Assembly: GCA_965644315.1 (NCBI GenBank)
Contig: CBFFRQ010000073.1
Location: forward strand, 1-64,000
Direction: 5' to 3'
Length of the DNA stretch: 64,000 bases
Origin: Caecitellus pseudoparvulus
Taxonomy: Eukaryota; Protista; Bigyra: Bicosoecida
Within the stretch, counting starts at the first letter, position 1. Each line of letters begins with the position of its first letter. Position numbers and translations under genes: made by a program. The notes beneath the pieces were generated by a model. It searched no databases and was not told the DNA's origin. It was given only the letters and a program-made list of their open reading frames with translations. This document shows positions 1 through 10,433 of the stretch, piece by piece.

Positions 1-1
1 A

Positions 2-658
2 GGTCACGTGCATGTCGTGCGTGAATTGTTGTCCCTCTCAGGGGCCAGGGAGGTGAACATGCATATGGGTGACAGGGAGGGCCCTGAGGCTGGCTTTCGG
101 CTGGCCTGTGCGCGCGGCCACGTCGACGTGGTGCGTGAGCTCCTTGCTCTGGGCGGCGACCGAACGGTAGACGTGCATGCGGAGAGTTGGCACGGTCGGG
201 AAAACGGCTTTTGGATGGCTTGTCACAACGGCCATGCAGGTGTTGTTCGTGCACTGCTTGCGCTGGAAGGGGACCGTGCCGTTGACGTGCACGTGAATAT
301 TGGAGATGGTCCTGAAGCGTGCTTTCGGTGTGCTTGCCACTACGGCCACCAGCGAGTGGTGTGTGAGCTGCTGGCGCTGACAGGCGACAGGGAGGTGGAC
401 GTCCACGCTGCTGATGAAGATGGCCCAGATGCTGGCTTCCGTAAGGCGTGCTCCAGAGGCGCGTACGCAGTCGTGCGTGAGCTCCTGGGGCTGACAGGTC
501 ACCGAGCCATCCCGCTGCAGGCTCGGCTGGCAGGCGGCGACATCGCGGTCAGGGCGGCTAAGGATGCGGTATGGAGTGGCACCAGCACTCGGCGCGGGCG
601 GGCCGCCATGGTGGCGCTCAGGCGGGCGGTGCGGGGGTCGCCCAAGCTCAGCCACTGA
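2..658 (+). CDS. Ankyrin-repeat protein, 5'-partial (frame open to the window edge)
   Basis: About 4-5 copies of a ~38-aa unit (FxxACxxGHxxVVRELLALxGDRxVDVHA) resembling elongated ankyrin repeats; TGA at 656-658. Confidence 0.85.
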   Translation, partial: GHVHVVRELLSLSGAREVNMHMGDREGPEAGFRLACARGHVDVVRELLALGGDRTVDVHAESWHGRENGFWMACHNGHAGVVRALLALEGDRAVDVHVNIGDGPEACFRCACHYGHQRVVCELLALTGDREVDVHAADEDGPDAGFRKACSRGAYAVVRELLGLTGHRAIPLQARLAGGDIAVRAAKDAVWSGTSTRRGRAAMVALRRAVRGSPKLSH

Positions 659-1099
659 CTCCCGGCGAAACGCAGAGGAGCCAACGCAGCAGCTCACACT
701 GTGCTGCACATGAGGGGCAATGCACTCGTAGCCTTTCTCCTTTCTGTCCCACTTTCACACCGGCTTCCGTGCGAAGAGGGGTGACAGAGCTCGATGCTCG
801 GGTGGGCAACCGCTGGCCGGCCCATTGCCCCCCTCTTCCAAGGTCTGCAGGTCTGCCACACTCGCCACGAGCCAAAGTACTCACTACCACACATCACTCC
901 ACCCCCTTCTCTACCGCTCATACTGCTCCTGGTCCAAGCACCTGCCTCTTCTGCCCAGCAGGTACGTGGGAAGGGGCAGCGCACTCGCCCGCAACGCCAG
1001 CGCCAAGCATGCACATCGAGCGAATGCGCGCCGCATCAGTGTGCCTCTGACTGTCACCACCTCCACCCCCCCGCAGATTTTCTCCGCGTTTTCGTCACC

Positions 1100-2097
1100 A
1101 TGGCCTCTGCGACGCCCCTGTACGGCCTGGACGCCGAGGTGAGGGCAGGCAGACGCCGCACGTGGTGCTTGTCACGCTGCGACACCTGAGCCGCAAAGCA
1201 CCACTGCCCGATGGTCACAGCTGAAGGCCAAGCGTGATGCCAAGTACTCCACCACGGAAGAGGACCGTGTGGTGGCGTGGCTGGAGGAGCTGACGGGGGA
1301 GAAGAAGGAGGGCACCTTCGCTGAGTGGCTGAAGGTGTGTGTGTGCAAGGCGGCGCTGCAACTTCCGCAACGCTGTGCCCTTCGCGAATGCTGCCAGCAC
1401 GCGGCCTGCCGCGCCGCCCTCCCCGCAGAACGGCGTGGTGCTGTGCAAGGCCCTGAACGCCATCAAGCCCAAGACCGTGAAGAAGTCGGCGATGAAGCCC
1501 AGCACCATGCCCTTCAAGCAGATGGAGGTGATCAAGGCGTACCTGCAGGGCTGCCGTTCTCTGGGCATGGCGGAGCACGACGTGTTCTGCACGCCCGACC
1601 TGTTCGAGGAGAAGGACCTGGGCGCGGTGGTGCGCTCCATCGTCGCGCTGTCCTCCACGGCGCAGACCAAGGTGCCCGAGTTCTCTGGGCCCACGCTTGG
1701 CGTGAAGCAGAGCACTGCGGACGCGCGGGAGGGGAAGGAGTGGCACGGCAAGGAGTTCGGCACGGGGGGCGTCGTGCCCAAGCTCATGCAGGGGTCCAGC
1801 GGCACGATGGAGAAGCAGGGTCCTTCTGTGCGTGCTCGGGAGGTGGCGGGCTTCGAAGCCTCGGGGGCCGGGTCGTCTGTTGCGACCAAGGCCATGATGG
1901 GGTCACGCGGGACGATGGAGAAGCAGGGCCCCTCAGTGCGCGCACGGGAGGTCGCTGGCCATGAAGCGTCGGGGTCTGGGTCGTCGGTTGCGACCAAGGC
2001 CATGATGGGGTCGCGCGGCACTATGGCTGCCACGAAGGGCACCGACACCACCTCCCCGACCTTTGGCGCCGATGCCGTGGCTGGGAAGCACAAGTAA
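1100..2097 (+). CDS. Calponin/transgelin-like actin-binding protein (CH domain plus calponin-like C-terminal repeats); exons 1100-1138, 1221-1334, 1429-2097
   Basis: Spliced product MASATPLYGLDAE|LKAKRDAKYS...WLEELTG...FAEWLK|NGVVLCKALNAIKP...FKQME...FCTPDLFEEKDL matches transgelin/MP20 CH motifs. Both GT-AG introns keep the frame. Confidence 0.9.
1786..2025 (+). repeat. 108-nt (36-aa) coding tandem repeat, about 2.2 copies
   Basis: GTMEKQGPSVRAREVAG(F/H)EASG(A/S)GSSVATKAMMGSR is repeated; the AAG CAG GG anchors at 1813 and 1921 are 108 nt apart. Confidence 0.9.
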
Positions 2098-2327
2098 GTG
2101 CGCCTGCAGCACCCCCCACTTCCCTATCCCCGAGGTGCGTGAGTGTTCTCTGTGAGTTTCCCTGTGCAATGCATTGCCAGTGACCCGGCCGGCCGCTGCG
2201 CGCGGCAGAGGCCGCTGCGAAGCAAAACCCACACACCTGCAGCCCTCACCCCCAACCCCAGTGGCAACCTCCACGCAGCACACTGTGCTCGCCTTGTGCC
2301 GCCTCGTGTGGGGTCGCGAGCAGCAAG

Positions 2328-3550
2328 ATGGACTCGCTGGAGGATTTCGGCGCCGGCGTCGGCACCTACAGCAGCATCTTCAACGCGTACCATGACATCA
2401 TTCACCCCCGGAAGCCCGCCAAGGAGCTGCGTGTGAACGTGCAAGTCCCTGTGAACAAGAACTTCGGCCTCACCCATGCGTACGTGTCGCCGCGTGGCGG
2501 CGGAGAGGGCAGCGGAATTTGGACAACCACCACCCCGTCCCACGCCGTGCACGCGCCTGCCAGCTGTGCTGAGGAGGTGCCCGCACCTCACCCTCCCTCC
2601 CCCGCTCCCACCTCAGCCTCAAGTTTGCCACGCTCAAGGCCAACCCGGCAGCAGCCTTGCTGGGACCAGCAGCCCCCAAGCAAGAACCAGCCGACGGCGT
2701 GCGCACCTACCACATCGGGGCGTATTTCGTCCGCGCCTCTGCCGAGGGCTACAAGACCGTCGCGCACGCGTCCATGGGCCTGTCCACGGCCGAGTCCCTG
2801 GCTACTGTGCAGAGCCAGCTCACGTCCGCCCTCACCGTGCGTGGTGCGCTGTGGGCACGGCCGGAGGGCCAGAGCACCATCTGGCACTCCCTCGCCGCCT
2901 GGTACAAGGGGGTGGACTACACAGCTGCCGTGCACACGGCCAACCTGGAGCTCCTGCACATGTCCTATCTGCAGCGCCTGGACACTGCCGGCTTGCTGCG
3001 GGGGGTGCAGGTGGGCGGCGAGCTGCTGTACGACCACGGCTGCATGTCCCTGCTGCGCCAGCGACCCGAGGCGCCCGTGCGACCTCTGTCCTGGTCCCTC
3101 GGCGTCGCGTCGGAGGTGGGCGAGGGGTACAAGGCCCTGGCGGCGGTGTGGCAGCCCAACCGCGCCAAGCTGAACGGCTTCCTGGGCCTGCAGCGGGATG
3201 TGACGGAGCACAGCACGCTGGTGGCCAAGTACGAGGTGAAGCCCTTCGACGGCACGTCAGTGGCGTCCCTGGGGTACAAGGTGCGCTTCCCCCGCTCGCG
3301 CTCCATCGTGCAGGCCGTGCTGGACTCGGACCAGACGGTGAAGGCGTCCTTCGAGCGCCGTCTCCTGTCCAACGTCAAGTTCAATGTCGCCGCCATCATC
3401 CACAAGGCGCCCAAGGTGACGCCAGGGCAGCCCCCCGCGCCTGGGCCCAGCAGCAACGTCGGCATGACCCTCACCATCGGGAACATGCCCCGTGAGCCGC
3501 TGTGGCTGTCCCCTGCTCTCCTGCGCTCCCACACCGTCCTGCACCGGTGA
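2328..3550 (+). CDS. Tom40-like mitochondrial outer-membrane beta-barrel (eukaryotic porin family); exons 2328-2479 and 2617-3550
   Basis: GTYSSIFNAYHDIIHP..ELRVNVQVPVNKNFGLTHA, YKGVDYTA, SYLQ, VGGELLY and ASLGY...QAVLDSDQTVKASFERRL follow the order of Tom40 motifs. The GT(2480)..AG(2616) intron joins the two ORFs in frame. Confidence 0.7.
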
Positions 3551-3741
3551 GCCAGCGCACCCGCACCACCTCCTTCCAGCCGCCGACGCGTTGCTAATGA
3601 CATGCCCAGTGGACACACGTGCTGAAATGCATTCCTCGCGCAGGGCAGGCAGGGCGCGCTTCCGCGCGCCGGGCGAGCAAACCTCGCGTTGCGCAGCGGA
3701 AATTGGCGAGAGAAACCGACTGCACCTCCTCACGCAGCTGC

Positions 3742-3987
3742 TCACTTGCCGCTGGCCTCTGTCGCCTTCGCAGCGCGTTCCTGGAAGTGCCTGCGGTTGC
3801 CATAGCAGTGATGCGGTGCCTGCGTCTGAGCTGGCGTGTTGAGCGCCGCCGCCACTCACTTGGCACTGAATGCAACCAAGTCCTCTGGCGCCGCTCTGAT
3901 CACAGCCTTGGTCCACTGCTTCAAGACATCTGGCAGGGCCTCGGGCACCTGGATCTGCTCAGCGCAGTACAGGGGCTCGGCGTCCAT
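3742..3987 (-). CDS. 58-aa RIIa (D/D) domain microprotein, ropporin/RSP11-like; exons 3987-3860 and 3790-3742
   Basis: Manual translation gives MDAEPLYCAEQIQVPEALPDVLKQWTKAVIRAAPEDLVAFSAK|HFQERAAKATEASGK*, with a 69-nt GTGAGT..CAG intron. It closely matches the ropporin/RSP11 N-terminus (CAxQIxIPxxLxDILKxxTKxxIRxQPxDxxxxSAxYF). Not present in the ORF track. Confidence 0.88.
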
Positions 3988-4206
3988 GCTGGGCACTTGG
4001 GAGGGTGGCGGCGCGTCTGCTCAGCGTCACCAATGTGTGTGGCGTGCCAGCCGTCGAACCGCCGCAGGAGCACGGCTCCAGAGCCTGGCTGGCTGGGCCT
4101 GTGCAGCGTGCCGTTTGAGTGCTTGGGGTAGGCGATGGCTTGCGGAGGATGGGTTTCCGACAGACTGCATTTTGAGCCGCAACGAGCATCTCTCCCCGCC
4201 AGCCCC

Positions 4207-4980
4207 TCACGCGCCAAACAGCAGCCAGTTCTTGACATCAAAGCTCTCCAAGAAAGTCTTCACAACCGCCTTCGCAGCCTCCTGCAGCTCTTCCGGGGTG
4301 GCGTCTTTCGGAAACGCAGCAGCGGTGCGCGAACGCGCGTCCACTTCAAACGGCGCGTTCAAGTGCACGACGATGTCGCTCTCCTTGCTGGGCACACGCA
4401 GCAGGGTCATGATGACGAGAACCTTGTCTCGCACTTTGTCTTGGAACTTGGGCACGTTCTGGTGCCCCACCACCTGCCACTTGGTGACACTGGTGGCTGG
4501 CGTTGCGCCGCTCGCCACGCCTTCCTGCTCACCTTCCGACGGGGCCCCTGGCAAGTGCGGCAGGGCGGCGTCCTCCAGGGGCTCAGCAGTGAGCACTGTT
4601 TCGTGCTCCCCCTCTGCCTTGTTGCCTTCCACAATGTCCTCCCAGTAGAACTGCCCCGCCTCGCTGGTGCTGCGGTCAGCCTCGTACTGGGCGATTTCGA
4701 CGATGATGCTGCGGTCCTGGTCGTCCATGAGCACTTCCTGGTTGTCTGGGATGGTCCGGAAGCGACTGCGGCGGGCGCGGGGGAGGCGCGTGGCGGCGTG
4801 CTCGTGTCAACGCGGTTTTGCCTGCGTGAAGCCAGGCCCACGTCGCAGAAGGCATGCGCCACACCTGATGTCAATGAAAGATGCCGGCAGCGTCGCGGTG
4901 ATGGCCCCTCCAAACAGCTCCACTTGCTTCTCCTCCACCGCAACCTCCGCCGGCTGCTCTTCAGTCGGAGCACTGGCCAT
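4207..4980 (-). CDS. MOG1: Mog1/RANGRF Ran guanine-nucleotide release factor; exons 4980-4865 and 4765-4207
   Basis: ELFGGAITATLPASFIDIS|RFRTIPDNQEVL...SIIVEI...LLRVPSKESDIVVHLN...SFDVKNWLLF; 99-nt GT-AG intron. Confidence 0.9.
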
Positions 4981-5194
4981 GCTTTGTGCGAGGGGACTGC
5001 GGAACTTGATGGCACAGCACGCAGCGAAACCTGCGCCTGGCGGCAGTCACACCACTGCCTTCAAAATCACACCCTATCGCACACGGCAGAAGCTTGCTGT
5101 TGATCCTGTGGCCGTTTTGCGGTGCTGCGTTTTGCTGCGGCCCGGCCACCGTGCACCGGCACACGCTGGCGACACGTCCCTCCCTGCGCCAGGC

Positions 5195-7198
5195 ATGCTG
5201 AAAATGCAGGCGGCGGCGGCGGCGTCCCTGGCCCCTGCGAGGAGGCAGGCCCTTCGGCCTTTTGGCGTTTCCATGCACGTTCCACCCGTGGCCACGCTCG
5301 TGCCACGAGCCCAGAGCTGGGAACTGCGGTGTCTGCGTTTCAGTTCGGCGTTTCATGGAAAACACGGCCGCCGCACTCGAGCCGCTGACATTGCGCCGCC
5401 CGCCAGCGTGCCCAAGGACACTTCCCGCAGCTCCACCATGTGGTCCATCGCCCGTGCAGTGCAGCGGCGGGAAGCGCCCATCTCCCAGCTGAACCACTTC
5501 CTGGAGCTGTGGGGGGAGCACCAGCGCCGGCGCCGGCGGCCCAGCGTGCAGGTCATGTCTGCCGTCATCATCGCGTACAACCAGCTGCGCTGCTTCGCCC
5601 TGTCCGTGCAATTGTTCAAGTCCTTCCCCGACCTCACCCTGAACGTGCCTGGCTACCGCGCCCTCCTCGTCGCGGCGCGCTCGGTGGGCGACGTGCAGAC
5701 GGTGGTGGTGGCGCTGCGGGCGCTGGAGGACAAAGGCCACACGCTGAACCGCGCCGAGTTCGAGTCCCTCCTCACGGCGGCCCTGCGCGCGGGGGACAGC
5801 GACACCGTGGACATGGCCCTGGCCGCCCTGGACCGCCTGCCCGGCCGCAACTCCGACGTCATGTACCGGGCCCTGCTGGAGGAGTGCGTGGAGGCGGGCG
5901 CCTTCTCCCGGGCCACGGGCGCGCTGGCCGCCCTCATTCACGACCTCAAGTCGGACGCCGCCGACGGCACACCCATGCCCGACCTCCCGGCCTTCGTCTC
6001 GGCAGCCGTTAAGGCCCTGCGCAGGGGCGCGTCTCAGGGCGCTGAGGAAACCGGGCAACTGGCCCTGGCGGCCCTGGCCCTCACTGGGCGGCGCCTGGGG
6101 CAGGGCGAGACGCTGGGCCTGCTGGCGGACGCTGGTCGCAGTGGGCAGGTGGCCCTGGCGGATGCCCTGGTGCAGCACGACACGGGGCACAGTGTCCTGG
6201 CCCCCGCCATCACCCAGCAACTGGACCTGGGCGCGGGGGCGGCGTGGGGGCCCCTCAAGGCGCCGCCTGGCTCCGACACTGCAGCTGCTGCTCTGGACCC
6301 GTGGCCCGTGTACACCACCCCCGCCTCCACCTCCCCCCTGGGGGCCTGCCACGTGGCGGCAGTGGCCACCGCTGCCATCCTCAGTCAGAGCTGGCCCACC
6401 ACGTCCTGCGTCCTGCAGCGCGCAGCAGACCTGGAGCTGCCTGTGAGTTCCGCGCTCATTGACCAGGCGGCAGGCGTACTGATGCAGCACCTGCAGCTGG
6501 ACATGGGCGCTGGGCGGCGGGGGGGGGGCGGACCCTCCCTGCTGCAAGCCCTGCACACACTGCGGGATGCCAGCGAGGAACACCTGGGCCAGAACACGCA
6601 CGAGTTCAACGTGTTCCTGGCTGCACTCCTGCGGACAGAGGTGTGGGAGGGGGCTGGGGGGGCGGGGTGTGGCCCGCAGGCGGCGCTGGAGGGGCTGTTC
6701 GACCTGGGCCACGCCGCGCCGTCAGCCCATGGTGCGGCCATGGTGGGCCCACACACCTCCGCCGTGAACATGACCACCCTGGAGCTGGTCGCAGAGGCCA
6801 GCACGCGCCCCCAGGCCGCCGCCGCCGCGCTCGCCCAGGGCGGGCCAGATCACCTCTCCCCCGCTGACTGCCTTGAGCTGGCGTCTTACCACGGCCTGCC
6901 CCCCTCCCCCACACTCCTGGGCCACGCACTGGTCAGCGCTGCGGCCGGTGGCGATGCGGAGGGGGTGGCGGCCGCCTTGGCCCAGGCTCGCGAAGGGGGG
7001 GTGACACCCCCCCCCGCCAGCCTGCGGCGTGCACTGCGGCTGACGAGCCTGGCGGGGGGGGACACGACCCCCCTCCTGGAGGAGCTGGAGGGGGGGTCCA
7101 CTGCCCCCCCTCGCCTGCACTTGGCTCTGCAGGAGCCGCTTGCCTACGACACGCCCTTTGAGAGCCTGGTTGCGCGGCGGCAGGGCAGCGTGAGCTGA
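5195..7198 (+). CDS. Pentatricopeptide-repeat (PPR)-like protein, probably mitochondrial; start codon uncertain
   Basis: Degenerate ~35-aa helical repeats (VMSAVIIAYNQ, GYRALLVAARSVGD, EFESLLTAALRAGD, MYRALLEECVEAG, FNVFLAAL) and an Arg/Ala/Ser-rich N-terminus. The ORF-track extension to 4667 overlaps MOG1 on the opposite strand. Confidence 0.65.
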   Translation: MLKMQAAAAASLAPARRQALRPFGVSMHVPPVATLVPRAQSWELRCLRFSSAFHGKHGRRTRAADIAPPASVPKDTSRSSTMWSIARAVQRREAPISQLNHFLELWGEHQRRRRRPSVQVMSAVIIAYNQLRCFALSVQLFKSFPDLTLNVPGYRALLVAARSVGDVQTVVVALRALEDKGHTLNRAEFESLLTAALRAGDSDTVDMALAALDRLPGRNSDVMYRALLEECVEAGAFSRATGALAALIHDLKSDAADGTPMPDLPAFVSAAVKALRRGASQGAEETGQLALAALALTGRRLGQGETLGLLADAGRSGQVALADALVQHDTGHSVLAPAITQQLDLGAGAAWGPLKAPPGSDTAAAALDPWPVYTTPASTSPLGACHVAAVATAAILSQSWPTTSCVLQRAADLELPVSSALIDQAAGVLMQHLQLDMGAGRRGGGGPSLLQALHTLRDASEEHLGQNTHEFNVFLAALLRTEVWEGAGGAGCGPQAALEGLFDLGHAAPSAHGAAMVGPHTSAVNMTTLELVAEASTRPQAAAAALAQGGPDHLSPADCLELASYHGLPPSPTLLGHALVSAAAGGDAEGVAAALAQAREGGVTPPPASLRRALRLTSLAGGDTTPLLEELEGGSTAPPRLHLALQEPLAYDTPFESLVARRQGSVS

Positions 7199-7223
7199 GG
7201 CGGCGAGTGTGCCAGGCACACAG

Positions 7224-7237
7224 CAATGCATGCATTG
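7224..7237. promoter_or_regulatory. CAATGCA-TGCATTG inverted pair between convergent stop codons; candidate bidirectional 3'-end/poly(A) signal
   Basis: A perfect 14-nt palindrome in the 55-nt gap between the PPR and RRP8 stops. The same heptamer recurs downstream of many other stop codons in the window. Confidence 0.4.
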
Positions 7238-7253
7238 ACCACCACTGCGACGC

Positions 7254-8307
7254 TCACCTGCGCTTGTAAATGCAGGGCTTGAGGGCAGGCGGCTCGATGA
7301 AAGGTCGCGCCTTCTTTGCGCCGTTCACTGCAGACGGCTTGGAACGTGCCTTGCGAGGGCGCTTGCGACTCTTGGTCGTGCCTTCACCTGATGGGGCGGT
7401 GGGCCCACCCTCCGCAGCCTGGGCCGTGGCACGCGCCTTGCCCCCGCCCCGTTTCTTCAGCACCGAGGGCGGCTTGCCTCCGTCTCGCAGGCGAAGGATG
7501 AAGTGTATGAAGTGCGTGTTGCTGTCGTCTGCCCGCAGTGCGATGAAGCCCTCCTGGGACAGCGCCTGCAGAAACGCCGCCACGCCAGCCTGGTGCTGGG
7601 GCGACAGCTTCGACACCAGGCGCTGCAGGGGGGGGGCGATGGAGGCGGGGGGGGGCACGTCGACCCCCTCCGGCGCGTCAGGCTCATCCCCCTCCTCGGC
7701 CCCTCTGGGCTCTGCTGCGTTGAAGCGAGACACGACCTCCGCCACCAGCAGCAGGCCGCCATCGCGCAGCACCCGCTTGGCTTCGCGCAGGAAGTCGAAG
7801 TAGTTCGTGCCCATGAGCGCCAGGCAGAAGACCGCCACGTCCACAGACGCATCTGGCAGCGGCACATTGGCGATGTCGCAGGCGGTGATGCGGTCGTTCG
7901 CAGCGACGAGGTCGAAGGAGTGCGTCTTCTGCTTCACGCTGGCCGCCAGGCGAGCCTCTCCACAGCCAAAGTCGGCCACGACGGCTGTCGCAGGCATCAT
8001 GCCGATGCGCCGGATCATGAGATCCAGTGGGTTCACCGGCCAGGACTTGACTTGTGCAGCGAACCCCGCGTGGTACTGCGCAGTGTGAGGGGTGCAGTGG
8101 CCTGCGCTGCATGCGCGTTTCACCTGCGTTTTCGCTCCGCACCTCGTCAAACAGTGCCGGGTCGCCCTGCAGCAGCTCGAACGAGTCTGCGCCCGGCGTC
8201 GTGTACATCTGTTCATTAAGCCACCTGAACTTGGAGCCTGACAGCTTTGCTGCCAGCTTCGCCTGCAGCTTGCTCAGCTTCTTCTTGCCGCTGCCTGCAG
8301 AGGCCAT
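7254..8307 (-). CDS. RRP8: RRP8/nucleomethylin 25S rRNA adenine-N1 methyltransferase; exons 8307-8143 and 8075-7254
   Basis: [61 protein letters not shown] and C-terminal LKPCIYKRR; 67-nt intron. Confidence 0.95.
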
Positions 8308-8508
8308 GCTGAGATGGTTCTGCGTTGCTGCCCCGCCACGCACGCTCCTTGCTGCCGCCCGGACCGCTGCAAAGCGGCGTTGAAATGGCGCGTGCAGGGC
8401 AAAGAATGGGGACCTCCTAGCCACCGTTCCCGCCAGTGTAAAGTGACCACCCTGCGCGACAGTGCGCGTACTGGCTGGCACAACACCCCCCCCCCCTCTT
8501 CGCCAAAG

Positions 8509-10250
8509 TCAGGGGGGGCCCCCCTCAGACAGCACCTGCGCCGCCTGCTCCTCGCTGCACACCTGCACCGCCCCCGCCACTCGCCCAAAGGCGTCTGCGA
8601 TGCCTGACGTGCCCACCTCGGCACCCTGCAGCACAACGTGAGCCCGACCCCCCCCCGGCGCCCCCCCCCCCACCACCGCTAGCCGCAGCTGCCGAAATGC
8701 GAACTGCAGCGCACGCCCTACCGCCTCCCGGCGCCAGCGCATGTGCCTGGCGCACGCGTCTTCCGTCTGCAAGGTTGCCGCCAGGCGGGTGGCGTGGGCA
8801 GTGGGGCGCGGCGGGGCGGTGGGCCCATTGCCCCGCACCGTGGCCACAGCAGCCACCGCCGCGGCATCGGAGAGCTGCCCGTAGGCGCCCCGCCCCACCA
8901 CACGCAGGGCGGAGTGTGGGAAGGACAGAGTCACCGCAGCGTAATACGCCACCGGGTCCACCAGCGTCCCGCTGCTGGCCAGCGCGCCGCTGCCGCCCAG
9001 GCAAGGCACCACAGGAGGGTCACACAGCGGCGGCAGGGGCTTGGTGGGCGGGTACAGAGCATTGCCCTCGCCGTGGGTGTCCTGGGACCCGTGGGCTTCC
9101 CGGAACACGGCGTGGAACACGGAGTCATCGTGCGCCGTGCCGGGGTCACACACCACCCCCTCCCCCTGCAGTGTCCACCCCACGTCCAACTCAACCAGCC
9201 CAGGGGGCCGGGAGGGGGGTGCCACGCCACTCTCCAGCAGAGACGCACTCAGCCCAGCGGCGTGGGACCCCTCTGCGTGCCGGCCTGCGCCACCCTCCAC
9301 CCCCGCCGAACCCGCCCAGTCATCCACCAGGATGGCAGCAATTTCCGCAGGCAGGCCGGCAGCGCCGTCACCCACGGCAGGCCCAGCTGCACCTGCCCGC
9401 CCGGCAGGCGTGTTCCAGAACACATGGTCCGTGCTCGCCCACTTGCCGTCAGGTGTGACCCGTTGCTCTGCAGCCGCCACGAGACTGGCAGGTGGCGGCC
9501 CCTGCTCCACACACCCGTGGGACAAGTGCACGTGCTGCGTTGCAAAGAGGCTGCCGTCACCGCCATCCCCCAAGTCACTGTCCGAGGGGGCCTCAGTGGC
9601 GTCCTGGGAGGGGGGGGATGCCGGCGCCGGGGAGGGTGAGGGGGGGGATGCCGCCCCACCTCCCCCCCATCGCCGGCGGGACGGAGGTGAGCCCTGTGAG
9701 CTGTGTGGCTGCTGGCTCAGTGCCAGGGGTGCCGCCCCCTCGCTCAGTTGACTCGCCACGAGAGGTGCGATGAACTCGATGCGGTGACTCCAGCCGCCGC
9801 CGCCCAGCAGCCCCGTCGCCACCAAGCAGCACTGTGAAGAGGGCAGGTGGCATGTGCTGGGGTGTGCCGCTGTGCCATGGCGCCGCGCAGGCGACGCACC
9901 TGCCGCGCAGTCAGTAGGGGCAGGCGGTGGGTGGGTCGGGCCCAGCCAGCGTTGGCGTGCTTGGCCAGCTTGTGCTGCACCCGCAGGCGCCTCCCGCGGA
10001 ACAAGGCGCCATCCAGCGCCTCCACCACGTTCCTTGCTCCAGTGAGTGTCATGGTGGTCACGCGCATGCTGGCAGGGCCGGCGTTCCAGTCAAAGACATA
10101 GCTGTGCAAAGGCTGGCCGGCCAACAGCACGATGCGCCCTTGCAGCTCCCCCACGTGCAGCTTCGGGATCCCCGAGATGAACAGCGTGAAGGACTCATCC
10201 CTGACACAAAAGTCCACCAGCTCCACGGACTGCGGGCGGTGCGAGGCCAT
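8509..10250 (-). CDS. RDM1: RDM1-like protein (RRM plus RAD52-motif domain with a long low-complexity insert); exons 10250-9900 and 9831-8509
   Basis: VELVDFCVRDESFTLFI (RRM start), LTARQ|CCLVATGLLGGGGWSHRI, YYAAVTLSFP..RVVGRG and REAVGRALQFAFRQLRLAVV are colinear with conserved blocks of vertebrate RDM1; 68-nt GT-AG intron. Confidence 0.72.
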
Positions 10251-10433
10251 GCCTCGACGCCATGCGCCTTCAAACTGAGGCTGGTGGGCTGCGCCGAAAC
10301 GCGAGGGAAACGCACGGCCACACAGAGCGCAGAAAGACGGAGCATTCCAAGAAGGACCTGTCCCACTGCGGCAGTGCAGGGTTTAAAACGTTGCATTCGC
10401 CCCGGCTGCACGGGGTCTTGTGGCCAAAGGATC

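Noticed and set aside
4667-5194. N-terminal extension of the 843-aa ORF (likewise 25434-26012 for PPOX and 20703-20828 for COG8)
   Set aside because: These extensions begin at non-ATG codons and overlap neighbouring genes or promoter gaps. Downstream ATGs fit the family N-termini better.
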